Positions 1-10,685 of a stretch of 64,000 nt of DNA are shown piece after piece. The stretch is taken from the NCBI GenBank assembly GCA_963848175.1, contig CAWKCO010000001.1, positions 28,676 to 92,675 of the forward strand, given 5' to 3'. The translations under genes were made by a program, and so were the position numbers. The stretch comes from an uncultured Cytophagales bacterium (GTDB lineage Bacteria; Bacteroidota; Bacteroidia; Cytophagales; Cyclobacteriaceae). Below the pieces are notes generated by a model, which saw only the letters and a program-made list of their open reading frames with translations, searched no databases and was not told the origin of the DNA. Position 1 is the stretch's first letter. The number at the start of each line of letters is the position of its first letter.

Positions 1-450
1 TTTCGTCACAAAATTTTGAAGCGGAGCGGCTCGTTCAAAATCTACAACGATTAATTCTCCTCGACTGCTTAACTCAGCTTGGCATTTTTGCAGTATGCTG
101 TTGAGGGAGCTTTCGCTAAAAGCATCCAAAAAAAATGGAAATAAGATCGCATCAAACTTCTGGTCACTTTGCCAAGTCAGGTAATCTTGCTGTACAAAAT
201 CAACCGCAGCGGATGTTTTTCGTTGCTTTGCCAAATCCAACATTTTTTTTGAGAGCTCGACAAAAACCACTTTTTGATTTTCTTCCAAAGATTCTAGAAT
301 GAGGCCTGTGCCTCCTCCCACAATCAGGATGCTCTTTTTGTTTTGAAGAAATGGTAAAGGCGATTTTTGAATTTTGTCCCATGTTTTCCCAAATACCAAC
401 TTTGCCAATAGGTCATAGTATCCTGCGACTCGGTCAAAGGAATTTTTCAT
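1..450 (-). CDS. Class I SAM-dependent methyltransferase (runs off the window edge)
   Basis: Not in the ORF track. Manual translation from ATG at 450 gives MKNSFDRVAGYYDLLAKLVFG...SILIVGGGTG...VFVELSKKML...FDAILFPFFLD (motif I GGGTG), open to base 1. ATGA overlap with the upstream gene. Confidence 0.85.
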   Translation of the reverse strand, partial: MKNSFDRVAGYYDLLAKLVFGKTWDKIQKSPLPFLQNKKSILIVGGGTGLILESLEENQKVVFVELSKKMLDLAKQRKTSAAVDFVQQDYLTWQSDQKFDAILFPFFLDAFSESSLNSILQKCQAELSSRGELIVVDFERAAPLQNFVTK

Positions 451-1259
451 ATTAGCAGCAAAAGTGGAAGATAAAACACACCATCGCCAATCAGCCGAAA
501 TCGCTCGTGCTTATGAAAATAGCTAGGCAGCCAGAAGATCAATCCAAGAATTACAGTCATGGCTAGAAAGACACTTGACAGGTTGGCAATGGATGGGATA
601 GAGAAGATGGTCACTGTAGAAAGCAACATCGAGGAGGCCATAAGTATGATGATAAAGCTGCGCGTTTTTTGTGCACCGAGGCTAATCGTCACAGACCCAA
701 ATCCTTCGCTTTGATCTTCTTCCCGATCGTAGTAAGAAAAAATACAAAGGTTGATAAGTGCCACAAGCACGAGCTGTAGGAACAGTAGCCAATCTTCAAT
801 ATTTATACTGGTAACAGTAGAAAGCGGCGAAAGAAAAATGCCCCCTGCATACCCAATCGCTACCAAAAATTCTTTGACCCAAAGTCCTTTCACAAAATAT
901 ACCAGCATCAGGTAAGCCACACAAAGTGCCGCTAACAGTGCGCCATTTTTAATTACAGCAATTGGTAGAAACCAAACATTAACCAATGCGACAATCGCCA
1001 AGCACCCACAAACCAATACTAACGCCCGAAAATTGGTGAAATGAAATTTTCTTCTTTCTACGGGTGAATCAGCTTTTGCATCTAGCAAATGATCTATGGT
1101 GTAAATAATCCATACTGCTGAAGCTAAGGCAAAATAGATGTGCCAAGACAAATCGAGCAAGTAATGCTTCTCCAACATGGCCAATATTAATACTGCACCC
1201 AATACAATGTCTAAAGAGAGATATCTGAAATAGGTATAGTATGATTGGCGCAGTGTCAT
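447..1259 (-). CDS. Integral membrane protein, UbiA prenyltransferase-like
   Basis: About 8 hydrophobic segments; Asp-rich motifs YTIDHLLD and YYDREED resemble those of the UbiA superfamily. Confidence 0.6.
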   Translation of the reverse strand: MTLRQSYYTYFRYLSLDIVLGAVLILAMLEKHYLLDLSWHIYFALASAVWIIYTIDHLLDAKADSPVERRKFHFTNFRALVLVCGCLAIVALVNVWFLPIAVIKNGALLAALCVAYLMLVYFVKGLWVKEFLVAIGYAGGIFLSPLSTVTSINIEDWLLFLQLVLVALINLCIFSYYDREEDQSEGFGSVTISLGAQKTRSFIIILMASSMLLSTVTIFSIPSIANLSSVFLAMTVILGLIFWLPSYFHKHERFRLIGDGVFYLPLLLLI

Positions 1260-1894
1260 TTTTGCTCGTAACTATTAATTTTTAGCCAGTTATTGATATA
1301 CACCACAACTACTTGCAAAGCCTTTTCAAAGCCAGAATGATTAGGAATAATCAAATCTGCTTGGGGCTTTTTCGTTTCTATAAAGTTCTTAAATGCGGGC
1401 ATCACATGTTTAGCAAATCTGTAATTGACATCTTCCAAGTCATATCCGCGTTCTACGGCATCTCGATGAATGCGGCGAGATAGCATCGTTTCGGTAGGGG
1501 CATCAATAAAAAGTTTTAACGATAGTAGATCGAATATTTCCTGAAAGTGAAAAGTGAATATCCCCTCGATGAGTATAACCGGTGCAGATTTGATGTGAAT
1601 CAGCTTTGGTTCCGCATTAGAGTTGTTGAAGGTATATTCTTTGATGGAAAGGTTTTGTCCTTTTATTAAAGCCTTTAGGTCAGCAGCAAAGCGATCAATG
1701 TCCAATGACTCAGGTGTGTCAAAGTTTTCAATACCGTTTTCGTCTTTGGGTTGTAAATGGCGCGGCTGATAGTAGTTATCAAAAGAGAGCACACTTACTT
1801 TCTCGTCAGGCAGACTATGTGCTAGTTGCTTTAGAAAATGCGTTTTTCCAGAGCCACTACCTCCTGTGATACCTATGACCAAAGGAGCTTTCAT
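1256..1894 (-). CDS. udk: Uridine kinase
   Basis: IGITGGSGSGKT P-loop, DNYY, NFDTPESLD, LIEGIF, RRIHRDAVERG. Confidence 0.9.
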   Translation of the reverse strand: MKAPLVIGITGGSGSGKTHFLKQLAHSLPDEKVSVLSFDNYYQPRHLQPKDENGIENFDTPESLDIDRFAADLKALIKGQNLSIKEYTFNNSNAEPKLIHIKSAPVILIEGIFTFHFQEIFDLLSLKLFIDAPTETMLSRRIHRDAVERGYDLEDVNYRFAKHVMPAFKNFIETKKPQADLIIPNHSGFEKALQVVVVYINNWLKINSYEQK

Positions 1895-1900
1895 AAAGAC

Positions 1901-2479
1901 TTATTGTTGGTTGAGGAAAGCGATGAATTTCTTAAATGCTCTCGCACGGTGAGAAATGGCATTTTTTTCTTCTCCACTCATTTCAGCAAATGTCCTCGTC
2001 TCTCCTGTCGGTTCGAAAAGCGGATCATAACCAAAACCCTTTGTCCCGGACTTGGTCTTGCGGATAGTGCCGTCTACTTGCCCCACAAACTGCTTCGAAA
2101 CGCCAGACTCATTTATGTATGTGATCACTGTTTTGAAAGCTGCTGATCGGTCGGCTTGGTCAGTTAGGTTTTTAAGCAATAGCGCCATATTGGCGTCATT
2201 GTCTTTCTGATCACCTGCATATCGGGCAGAGTACACTCCTGGAGCACCGTTCAGGGCTTTTACTTCCATACCCGAATCATCTGCAAAACAAGCAATACTA
2301 TATTTCTCAAAAACGAAATTTGCTTTGATAGCCGAGTTTTCGGCCAGTGTTGTTCCAGTTTCAGGGATCTCTTCTGTCTGTCCCAGTTCGTCCAAACTGA
2401 CAATCTCCACCCCAACAGGCGATAGCGATCGTATTTCTGCAAGCTTGTTTTGATTATGTGTGGCAAAACAAATTTTCAT
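1901..2479 (-). CDS. rdgB: Non-canonical purine NTP pyrophosphatase (RdgB/HAM1)
   Basis: FATHNQNKLAE, ADDSG, GAPGVYSARY, GFGYDPLF, KNAISHR. Confidence 0.95.
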   Translation of the reverse strand: MKICFATHNQNKLAEIRSLSPVGVEIVSLDELGQTEEIPETGTTLAENSAIKANFVFEKYSIACFADDSGMEVKALNGAPGVYSARYAGDQKDNDANMALLLKNLTDQADRSAAFKTVITYINESGVSKQFVGQVDGTIRKTKSGTKGFGYDPLFEPTGETRTFAEMSGEEKNAISHRARAFKKFIAFLNQQ

Positions 2480-2480
2480 C

Positions 2481-3164
2481 TCAATTAGTCGTCGCTTTTC
2501 TTACAAAAACAGGGTAGATATCTGCTATGATCACTGAGTTCGCAGGAATGCTGATCAGTTTGTCTACACTGTCTACCTTGATTATGTAGTCCAAATCGTA
2601 ATTACTGTAAGCAATAGTAGAGGGAACAATTAACCGCGCATGTCCGCCAACTTTCATTTTAGGTACTGTCACACTAAGGCCAGCACTAAAAGTATCACCC
2701 ATGAACCTACTCATAAATGACGGGGTAGAAGCTGAAGATCGAGATAAAGTGAATTTGATCGACTTATAGAATGATGTATTTTCCTCATAATAAATACCAT
2801 ATTCTTGTGCAAGGGCAGCATTGTTTGTGAGTTTCACCGAATCGTTAGTGAGTCTTATGGCATAGTCAAACGAAACAATATCGTCATAGTCCAATATTTC
2901 ACCATCGCCTTCATCTAAAATGGTGTAGATCATTGGGCCTGATGATCTCACCTCGCTATTTCCGATGAAGTAAGTAGTGAACAAATCCAGCGTGTCCAAC
3001 TTCTCATGATCATATCCCTTTTCTTTAATATAATCAGCAATGATCACGCTATCGATTGGGTATTGAAGTATGGTTGGTTCTACCTCAGGAGAGCCACAAT
3101 CCGCCAAAAAAGCGATTACTGAAACAATCAATCCTGCTTTGATAATAGTTTTAATACTATTCAT
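2481..3164 (-). CDS. FKBP-type peptidyl-prolyl isomerase-like protein, probable lipoprotein
   Basis: MKVGGHARLIVPSTIAY...IPANSVI FKBP signature; N-terminal hydrophobic stretch ending in Cys. Confidence 0.75.
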   Translation of the reverse strand: MNSIKTIIKAGLIVSVIAFLADCGSPEVEPTILQYPIDSVIIADYIKEKGYDHEKLDTLDLFTTYFIGNSEVRSSGPMIYTILDEGDGEILDYDDIVSFDYAIRLTNDSVKLTNNAALAQEYGIYYEENTSFYKSIKFTLSRSSASTPSFMSRFMGDTFSAGLSVTVPKMKVGGHARLIVPSTIAYSNYDLDYIIKVDSVDKLISIPANSVIIADIYPVFVRKATTN

Positions 3165-3203
3165 ATATTTTATTCTGAAATTGAATTTGAATCTTTTTGA
3201 AAT

Positions 3204-4202
3204 CTAAGCTTTGAACTGCGGAATTAAGCTTTTGAATTTTTCCAGTGTTGCTTCAAGTCCCTGATCCGAATGTCCTCCAGCGGCGTTTTTATGCCCTCCA
3301 CCATCAAAATGCTCCGCCGCAAAATCATTTACCGCATAGTCTCCTACCGATCGGAAAGACATTTTTACTTCATTGTCTTTTTCCATAATAATGGCAGCAA
3401 CGCTGATGCCTTTGATAGAAAGCGCATAATTCACAAGCCCTTCGGTATCTCCAGATTTTAAGTTGAAACGTTTGTGCTCTTCGCTTGTGATGACAAAGTA
3501 AGCAACCTTCATCTTACTCACGATGGTTAATTTCTCTGCCAAGGCATAGCCTATAAATCGTAAACGATTCACGGAGTTGTTGTCGTATATATTTCTGCTG
3601 ACTTTATTTACGTTAGCCCCAAGGTCGATTAAATGTGCGACGATTCGATGTACTTTCGAAGACGTGGAGGGGAATTTGAAAGAACCTGTATCAGTCATGA
3701 TACCGGCGTACAGACATTCAGCAATAGCGACATTTAATTCTTCCGTGCCCCCCAGCATTTCAATAAGATCATAAACTAGCTCTGCAGTAGCAGAAGCATC
3801 CTGATCCCAAAGCTCAAAGTCACAAAACTTTTCAGGGTTTCTGTGGTGGTCTACCAAAAGCTTTTTTGCAGTAGCATTCCCTACCACATCACCTAGGTTT
3901 TTTATTCTATTGAGTCCAGAAAAATCTAAGCAGCAAATCAAGTCGGTGGCATTCATTAGGCTTTTGATTTGTTCAAAAGTCTTTTCCGAATTGATAATCA
4001 CTTCGTCATTTCCTTTCATCCAAGTAAGGAAATCAGGATACTCCGTAGGTGTGACCACAGTGACATCATGACCTCTTTTTTTCAAGAAATGATATAAACC
4101 CAATGAAGAACCGAGTGCATCTGCATCGGGGCTCGCATGAGTCGTAATAACGATTTTTCTCGGTGTGGAAAGAAAGTCCTTTAGTGCACTGAGGTTTTGC
4201 AT
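3204..4202 (-). CDS. nrnA: DHH-family bifunctional oligoribonuclease/pAp phosphatase
   Basis: HASPDADALGS, DHH, GIMTDTGSF, SFRS, GGGHKNAAG. Start moved to ATG at 4202 (MQNLSAL). Confidence 0.9.
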   Translation of the reverse strand: MQNLSALKDFLSTPRKIVITTHASPDADALGSSLGLYHFLKKRGHDVTVVTPTEYPDFLTWMKGNDEVIINSEKTFEQIKSLMNATDLICCLDFSGLNRIKNLGDVVGNATAKKLLVDHHRNPEKFCDFELWDQDASATAELVYDLIEMLGGTEELNVAIAECLYAGIMTDTGSFKFPSTSSKVHRIVAHLIDLGANVNKVSRNIYDNNSVNRLRFIGYALAEKLTIVSKMKVAYFVITSEEHKRFNLKSGDTEGLVNYALSIKGISVAAIIMEKDNEVKMSFRSVGDYAVNDFAAEHFDGGGHKNAAGGHSDQGLEATLEKFKSLIPQFKA

Positions 4203-4289
4203 GAAATTTTGCCGAAAGGCTGATTGTAAAGCGCAAAAGTCCACATAAAACCCATAAATACAAAATGCCCCATCTTGGCGGCAAAGTGT

Positions 4290-4297
4290 TAGTTTTG
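4290..4297 (+). promoter_or_regulatory. Bacteroidota sigma70 -7 box upstream of ndk
   Basis: TAGTTTTG matches TAnnTTTG, 36 nt before the ndk ATG. Confidence 0.45.
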
Positions 4298-4333
4298 CGA
4301 AGAATTTTTAGGATACAAAACAATTACACTCTA

Positions 4334-4753
4334 ATGGCAGGAAAATTAACTTTTACGATGATTAAGCCAGATGCATTTGCGGATGGACATTCAGGTGCTA
4401 TCATCAAGATGATCGAGGAGGCTGGTTTTAAAATCAAAGCAATGAAGATGACTAAGCTTTCTGAAGCGAAGGCTGGTGGATTCTATGCTGTACACAAGGA
4501 AAGACCATTTTTTGGAGATTTGGTGAAGTACATGACTTCTGGAGCGATCGTGGCGATTGCTTTAGAGAAAGAAAATGCGGTAGCAGACTTCAGAAAACTA
4601 ATCGGTGCTACAAACCCAGCTGATGCAGCTGATGGAACGGTGAGAAAACTTTTTGCTAAATCTATTGAAGCAAACGCAGTGCATGGCTCGGATTCTGACG
4701 AAAATGCGCTTATAGAAGCTTCTTATTTCTTTTCTAACTTGGAAATGATCTAA
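4334..4753 (+). CDS. ndk: Nucleoside diphosphate kinase
   Basis: [33 protein letters not shown]. Start moved to ATG at 4334. Confidence 0.97.
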   Translation: MAGKLTFTMIKPDAFADGHSGAIIKMIEEAGFKIKAMKMTKLSEAKAGGFYAVHKERPFFGDLVKYMTSGAIVAIALEKENAVADFRKLIGATNPADAADGTVRKLFAKSIEANAVHGSDSDENALIEASYFFSNLEMI

Positions 4754-4781
4754 TAAGAATCGTTCGATAATGATTTTAAAG

Positions 4782-4815
4782 AAAGCCACTGGTCTTAGGA
4801 TTGGCGGCTTTTTTT
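4782..4815 (+). terminator. Intrinsic terminator after ndk
   Basis: AAAGCCACTGGTC-TTAG-GATTGGCGGCTTT hairpin (G-U pairs) followed by a T run, between convergent genes. Confidence 0.6.
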
Positions 4816-5578
4816 ATAGCTTTTCGATCCAAAAGTTATTGAAGCCTTCTCCGATATGGAGCGTGATTTCGCCCAATTGCAGCAGTTCTAGTATGGCTAG
4901 AAAGTTGAAAATAACAATGATTTTTTCCGCTTTCTCCTGCATCAATTCTAAAAAAGAAATTTTTCTGCTCTCACGAGAAATGAGCCGCTGAACAACATAG
5001 TCCTTTTGCCCTTCGATGGTATATGGAAACTGAACCACCTCGTGAATAGGCTTGCTTTGTTCGTATTCGTAGCGTTTGAGCACCTTCTGAAATACTTTCA
5101 TCAGTTTGTACAAATCCAAGTCCTGCATTTCGGCTTCTACATCGGTACTTTGAGCCAGCTTTTTGATTTCTTTCATCAAGTTGCCCCTGTGCTCCATCTC
5201 CAGCCGGTCGCTTTCCATTTTGGAGATTTCGGCTATTACCGATTTGTACTTTTTGTATTCCAGCAGGTGTCTGATAAGCTCTTCTCGCGGATCCAGTTCA
5301 TTGCCCTCTTCGTCCAATACAGGTCTGGGTAAGAGCAATTTCGATTTGATACGCATGAGCGTGGCTGCTACCAAAATAAACTCGCTGGCAACTTCTACGT
5401 TCATTTTCTCCAAATGGTGGACGTATTCTAGAAAATCAGCTGTGATTTTGGAGATGGGGATATCATAAATATCTAGCTCATCTCTTTCTATAAAGAAGAG
5501 AAGCAGGTCAAAAGGCCCTTCAAAGAGGGGTAGCTTAATTTCAAAGTTTTTTTCCGTTTCAGTATTCACAGCTTTCAA
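4814..5578 (-). CDS. scpA: Segregation and condensation protein A
   Basis: FEGPFDLLLFFI, DIYDIPISKIT, ASEFILVAATLMRIKSKLLLP, FLAILEL. The true start may be GTG at 5569. Confidence 0.93.
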   Translation of the reverse strand: MKAVNTETEKNFEIKLPLFEGPFDLLLFFIERDELDIYDIPISKITADFLEYVHHLEKMNVEVASEFILVAATLMRIKSKLLLPRPVLDEEGNELDPREELIRHLLEYKKYKSVIAEISKMESDRLEMEHRGNLMKEIKKLAQSTDVEAEMQDLDLYKLMKVFQKVLKRYEYEQSKPIHEVVQFPYTIEGQKDYVVQRLISRESRKISFLELMQEKAEKIIVIFNFLAILELLQLGEITLHIGEGFNNFWIEKL

Positions 5579-5621
5579 ATTTACATCGAAATCAGTCGAG
5601 ATGAGAAGTCATAAAATAAAT

Positions 5622-5629
5622 TAAATTTG
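5622..5629 (+). promoter_or_regulatory. Bacteroidota -7 box upstream of dxs
   Basis: TAAATTTG matches TAnnTTTG. Confidence 0.4.
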
Positions 5630-5711
5630 CGTCTAGTCGATTCGTTAGCGGAGATCAAAACATTTGGGGTTGATTTGTGTTTTTAGGAATCACTAGCTAT
5701 ACATTGTATAT

Positions 5712-7631
5712 ATGGATATAAAGCCAGGACCTCTACTAGCGAAAATTGATTCTCCCGCAGATCTCAAGAAATTGGATAAACGGCAGTTAGCACAGCTCAG
5801 CGAAGAACTTCGTGATTACATCATCGATACCGTATCTGTATATGGTGGGCATTTTGGGGCTAGTCTGGGAGTAGTAGAGCTTACCACGGCGTTGCACTAT
5901 GTCTTCAATACCCCTAATGATGAGATTATTTGGGATGTGGGACATCAGGCTTATGGTCACAAAATTCTTACTGGAAGAAGAGAAGTATTTCATACGAATA
6001 GACTTTATAAAGGTATTTCGGGTTTTCCTAAGAGAACTGAAAGCGAATATGACTCCTTTGGAGTGGGGCATTCTTCCACTTCCATCTCCGCAGCATTGGG
6101 TATGGCGTTCGCCTCGCACCTGACAGGAGAAGATGAAAAACAGCACATTGCGGTAATTGGTGATGGAGCAATGACTGGTGGTCAGGCTTTCGAAGCTATG
6201 AACCATGCAGGAGATTCTAACAAGAATATTCTGATCATTCTCAATGACAACTGCATGGCCATTGACCCGAATGTCGGAGCACTGAAAAACTACCTTACCG
6301 ATATTTCTACCTCTCAAACGTTCAATAGGTTTCGAGACGACATCTGGAAAGTCCTTGGCAAAATCAGCAAGTTCGGCCCCAATGCTCAAGAGATTGCCGC
6401 GAGTGTAGAAACCAGTGTGAAATCATTTTTACTCAAGCAGAGCAATCTTTTTGAATCACTCAACTTAAGATATTTTGGCCCGGTAGACGGTCATGATGTT
6501 AACCATTTGGTAGATGTATTGTCTGATTTGAAAAAAATTAAAGGGCCAAAAATTCTTCATTGTGTAACAGTGAAGGGGAAAGGCTACAAACTTGCCGAGA
6601 AGGATCAAACGAAATGGCATGCGCCAGGGAAGTTTGATAAAATCTCTGGTGAGATTCACAAAAAGACGTACTCCACGCCACAACCGCCTAAATATCAGGA
6701 TGTATTTGGTCATACAATAGTAGAATTGGCTAAAGCCAATGATAAAATTGTGGGTATTACTCCGGCAATGCCATCTGGCTCATCCATGAATATCATGATG
6801 AATGAAATGCCTGATAGGGCATTTGATGTGGGTATTGCTGAGCAGCATGCAGTGACATTTTCTGCGGGTCTGGCTACTCAGGGGATGACACCTTTTTGCA
6901 ATGTCTATAGCACATTCATGCAGCGAGCTTATGATCAGGTAATTCACGACGTATGCATCCAGAAACTACCAGTAGTTTTCTGTTTGGACAGAGCTGGGAT
7001 AGCAGGTGCAGATGGCCCTACGCACCATGGCGCTTATGATATTCCCTATATGAGATGCCTTCCAAATATGGTTGTTTCTGCGCCTATGAATGAAGAGGAG
7101 CTTCGTAATTTAATGTTCACTGCTAGTGAATATAAGGATGGAGCTTTTACAATCAGATATCCTCGTGGCAATGGCGTGATGCCAAATTGGAAAACACCTC
7201 TGGCTAAAATAGAGGTTGGAACAGGCCGAACACTAAAAGAAGGTACTGATTTGGCTATTCTGACTATCGGGCATATCGGAAATTCTGCTTCGGAAGCAGT
7301 AGAGCGATTGGCTCAGGAAGGAATTAATGCAGGCCATTATGACATGCGCTTTGTAAAGCCTTTGGATGAAGTTCTACTTCATCAGATTTTCAAAAAATAC
7401 AAACATGTTATTACTGTTGAGGATGGAACCATTGTTGGAGGTTTCGGATCGGCAATCTTGGAGTTTATGGCCGACCACCAGTACATGTCAAAAGTGATTA
7501 GACTTGGTATTCCGGATCGGGTAGTTGAGCATGGTGAACAATATGAGCTCCATGAAGAATGCGGCTATGATGCCAATTCCATTAATGCTGCTGCACTACA
7601 ATTAATGCAGGACGCTTCGGCACTGGCTTAA
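5712..7631 (+). CDS. dxs: 1-deoxy-D-xylulose-5-phosphate synthase
   Basis: GGHFGASLGVVEL, WDVGHQAYGHK, GDGA...NDN TPP motif, DVGIAEQH, DRAGIAGADGPTH. Confidence 0.97.
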   Translation: MDIKPGPLLAKIDSPADLKKLDKRQLAQLSEELRDYIIDTVSVYGGHFGASLGVVELTTALHYVFNTPNDEIIWDVGHQAYGHKILTGRREVFHTNRLYKGISGFPKRTESEYDSFGVGHSSTSISAALGMAFASHLTGEDEKQHIAVIGDGAMTGGQAFEAMNHAGDSNKNILIILNDNCMAIDPNVGALKNYLTDISTSQTFNRFRDDIWKVLGKISKFGPNAQEIAASVETSVKSFLLKQSNLFESLNLRYFGPVDGHDVNHLVDVLSDLKKIKGPKILHCVTVKGKGYKLAEKDQTKWHAPGKFDKISGEIHKKTYSTPQPPKYQDVFGHTIVELAKANDKIVGITPAMPSGSSMNIMMNEMPDRAFDVGIAEQHAVTFSAGLATQGMTPFCNVYSTFMQRAYDQVIHDVCIQKLPVVFCLDRAGIAGADGPTHHGAYDIPYMRCLPNMVVSAPMNEEELRNLMFTASEYKDGAFTIRYPRGNGVMPNWKTPLAKIEVGTGRTLKEGTDLAILTIGHIGNSASEAVERLAQEGINAGHYDMRFVKPLDEVLLHQIFKKYKHVITVEDGTIVGGFGSAILEFMADHQYMSKVIRLGIPDRVVEHGEQYELHEECGYDANSINAAALQLMQDASALA

Positions 7632-7726
7632 TCCTGTAATACGCCACCCACTCGCATACTGGCTATGTTCCTGGGTTTGGTTAGTTAAATAATCATTGAT
7701 TTTTTTCAATAAAGAATAATCGTTCT

Positions 7727-9190
7727 ATGATTTTTAGATCAAATGTACTTTATATCTCAAGCCTAGTTATTGCTTGTCAGCTGTTAATCGCCTGTTCCAG
7801 TAAACCAGTGGAAAGTGAAAGTAAATGGGATAATACGAAGGTTGTTAGCTTGGATCTAGAAGCAATTAAAGAGCGAGGTTATATCACCGCTATTATGATC
7901 AATAATTCTACTAGCCTCTTTCTTTATCAAGGAGAAACAATGGGCTATGAGTATGAATTGATCAAACGTTTTACTGAAAGAATCGGGATTCAATTAAAAA
8001 TTGATGTTACTCCTAATTTAACGGAAGGCTTTAGAAAACTTCATGAGGGAGAAGGCGATATTTTAGCTTTCAATCTCACTGTGACCAAGGAAAGGAAAAA
8101 ACAAATTGCATTTACAAACCCTCATAGATTGGTAAGAAGTGTGTTGATTCAAAGGAAACCAGACAACTGGAGAAAAATGAAGCTGCACGAGATTGAGGCC
8201 GAAGTGCTGCGCAAGCAAGTAGATCTCATCGGTAAAGAAGTACACCTAAAGGCTAATTCTTCATTTGTAACCAGAATCAATGATTTGGCAAATGAGATCG
8301 GTGGTGATATTACTGTTTTTGAACACAATAAAGATACTGAGCGCCTGATTAGCATGGTGGCAAAGGGTGAAATAGACTATACGGTGGCGGAAGAAGATAT
8401 AGCATATGTGAATATGCGCTACTATCCCAATATAGATATAGAGACTCCCGTAAGTTTCGAGCAGCAAATAGCTTGGGGGGTGCGCAAAAATGCACCTGAA
8501 TTACTTCGGTCGTTGAATGAATGGTTGTCCGAGACAAAGTCAACTAACGATTACTATGCCATTTACGATAAGTACTATAAGAGTACCCGTGCGGCATTGC
8601 GAAGAAAGAAAGACGATTATTTTTCTCAATCCACCGGGGTTTTAAGTGCCTATGATTCCTTGCTTTATGCCCACTCAAAAAAACTTGGGTGGGATTGGCG
8701 ACTTCTTGCGGCACTTGTTTTGAGGGAATCTAAATTTAACCCATCAGCTGAGTCTGGAATGGGAGCAATAGGTCTAATGCAACTCTTGCCACATACGGCC
8801 TCACTTTATGGAGTGACGGATTTGCGTGACCCTGAACAGAATATTTTTGCCGGGACAAGTCACCTTTTGTGGCTGCTTGAATATTGGCAAGAAAAAGGGG
8901 TTCAGCCTACTCAAATTGTCAAATTTGTATTGGGAAGCTACAATGTGGGGCATGGTCATGTGATGGATGCCGTGAAACTCGCAGAGAAATACGGTTTAGA
9001 CCCGCTTATATGGGAAGGTAGTGTTGCTGAATACTTGTTAAAAAAGGAGCAATCGAAGTTTTACACCGACCCGGTTGTTAAATACGGTTATTGTAAAGGA
9101 AGTGAAGCTGTGAACTATGTTCGAAGCATTCGGGCATCTTATGCCAACTATTTAGAGCTTTTGCCCGAAGAAATGACTCATTTAAATTGA
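7727..9190 (+). CDS. MltF-like lipoprotein: solute-binding domain plus SLT lytic transglycosylase
   Basis: LIAC lipobox, PBP-type domain (GYEYEL...DYTVAE), SLT motifs ES, GLMQL, SYNVG. Confidence 0.85.
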   Translation: MIFRSNVLYISSLVIACQLLIACSSKPVESESKWDNTKVVSLDLEAIKERGYITAIMINNSTSLFLYQGETMGYEYELIKRFTERIGIQLKIDVTPNLTEGFRKLHEGEGDILAFNLTVTKERKKQIAFTNPHRLVRSVLIQRKPDNWRKMKLHEIEAEVLRKQVDLIGKEVHLKANSSFVTRINDLANEIGGDITVFEHNKDTERLISMVAKGEIDYTVAEEDIAYVNMRYYPNIDIETPVSFEQQIAWGVRKNAPELLRSLNEWLSETKSTNDYYAIYDKYYKSTRAALRRKKDDYFSQSTGVLSAYDSLLYAHSKKLGWDWRLLAALVLRESKFNPSAESGMGAIGLMQLLPHTASLYGVTDLRDPEQNIFAGTSHLLWLLEYWQEKGVQPTQIVKFVLGSYNVGHGHVMDAVKLAEKYGLDPLIWEGSVAEYLLKKEQSKFYTDPVVKYGYCKGSEAVNYVRSIRASYANYLELLPEEMTHLN

Positions 9191-10650
9191 TTTGCTACAA
9201 TCTTGGCGGAAGAAAGGCACATAGGAATACCTCCTCCTGGATGAACACTCCCTCCACAAAAGTAGAGATTTTTGATGCGGCGGCTTTTATTGGCATGCCG
9301 AAGAAACGCAGAAAATAAATTATTCGAGCTATTGCCATAAAGCGCCCCTAGCGATGAGCTAGTGCGAGATTCGATGGTTCTTGGATCTAAAACCCGCTCG
9401 GTGACTATGAACGATTCAATGTCCTTGTTTAAATTTCTTGAAAGCTTTTTGAGCATATTGATGCGTGCTTCTCTTATCAGCTGATCCCAATCTTGACCTT
9501 GGTTGTTGGGCACGTTGATCATCACAAACCAGTTCTCACAGCCCTCCGGAGCATCTTCCTTACAATATTTGGAGGTGATATTGACATATATCGTAGGGTC
9601 GCTGTAGATATCTCCCTGTTTGAAAATATGGTTAAATTCTTCTTTGTAGTCTTCCGAAAAGAAGATGTTGTGCAAATCCAATTCAGGAAATGTCCGATCG
9701 ATTCCCCAATAGAAAATAAGTGCTGAACTGGATTTTGGTTGAGAGAGAAGAAATTTTGGAGGCTCAATGTCTGGCAGTAAATATTTATAGGAGTTCACCA
9801 CATCCATGTTTGATATGACGGCATCATACAAGAGTGTTTTGGTGTCTACTTTTATTCCCTTGATGTGATTTTCTTGAGTCAAGATACGCTCAACTTTTGT
9901 ATTGTAAATGAAGTTGACACCTTGTCGTTTTGCCAATTTTTCTAGAGCTAGGCTGATACTATACATTCCTCCTTTTGGGATATAGGCCCCCATAGACATC
10001 TCTAGGTGTGGGATGATATTCATGGTGGCAGGAGTCTGGTGTGGGTCAGAGCCATTATAGGTAGCATATCTGTTGAACAACTGAACCAAGCGTGGGTCGT
10101 CCAAAAGTTGCCTATTGGAGCTATCCATGGTTTGGAAAAAGCCCAGCCATGGGATTTTGATGTATGCTCTCAAAGCTGATTTTGAAAAATAGATTTTCCA
10201 ATCGTTGAGTGAGCTGTACATAAAAAGCGAGCTCAACCGATCATAGAGCATTGCTGATCTTTTGATCACCTTCTCTATTCGAATTTTGGGCTCGGATGTT
10301 TTTTGGGCCAACTCGTTGATCAATTTTTCTTTGTCGGCATAGGCTTTGAAGAATGTCCCATCTTCATAGAAATAATGACAGTTTACCTCAAGCCGGTCGT
10401 ATTCAAAATGATTCTTGGGATTCTCGTTACAAAGCTCAAAAACTTCGTCCACGAGTTTAGGCAGAGTGAATAACGAAGGACCAGCATCGAACCTGAAGCC
10501 TTGAGATGTTATTTGAGTCAGCTTACCTCCTGGGCCACTGTTAGCCTCGTAAACATCCACGTGATGGCCTGCTTTTGCCAATCGAATGGCAGAGGCTATT
10601 CCTGCTATACCAGCACCTACTACAGCGATATGTTGATTCCTGTTGCTCAC
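9178..10650 (-). CDS. crtD: Phytoene desaturase-family protein, probably 1-hydroxycarotenoid 3,4-desaturase
   Basis: GAGIAG FAD site, FRFDAGPSLFT, RYATYNGS, NLYFCGGSVHPGGGIP; resembles Bacteroidota CrtD. Confidence 0.8.
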   Translation of the reverse strand: MSNRNQHIAVVGAGIAGIASAIRLAKAGHHVDVYEANSGPGGKLTQITSQGFRFDAGPSLFTLPKLVDEVFELCNENPKNHFEYDRLEVNCHYFYEDGTFFKAYADKEKLINELAQKTSEPKIRIEKVIKRSAMLYDRLSSLFMYSSLNDWKIYFSKSALRAYIKIPWLGFFQTMDSSNRQLLDDPRLVQLFNRYATYNGSDPHQTPATMNIIPHLEMSMGAYIPKGGMYSISLALEKLAKRQGVNFIYNTKVERILTQENHIKGIKVDTKTLLYDAVISNMDVVNSYKYLLPDIEPPKFLLSQPKSSSALIFYWGIDRTFPELDLHNIFFSEDYKEEFNHIFKQGDIYSDPTIYVNITSKYCKEDAPEGCENWFVMINVPNNQGQDWDQLIREARINMLKKLSRNLNKDIESFIVTERVLDPRTIESRTSSSLGALYGNSSNNLFSAFLRHANKSRRIKNLYFCGGSVHPGGGIPMCLSSAKIVANQFK

Positions 10651-10685
10651 GTATGTCTAGGGTTTCATTCTTGCTCTAAACAAAA

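Noticed and set aside
200-382. 60-aa ORF in the track
   Set aside because: Alternative frame of the methyltransferase gene at 1-450.
5712-10650. Carotenoid biosynthetic cluster (dxs plus crtD)
   Set aside because: Opposite strands, separated by an MltF-like gene, and no crtB, crtI or crtY present; proximity is probably incidental.
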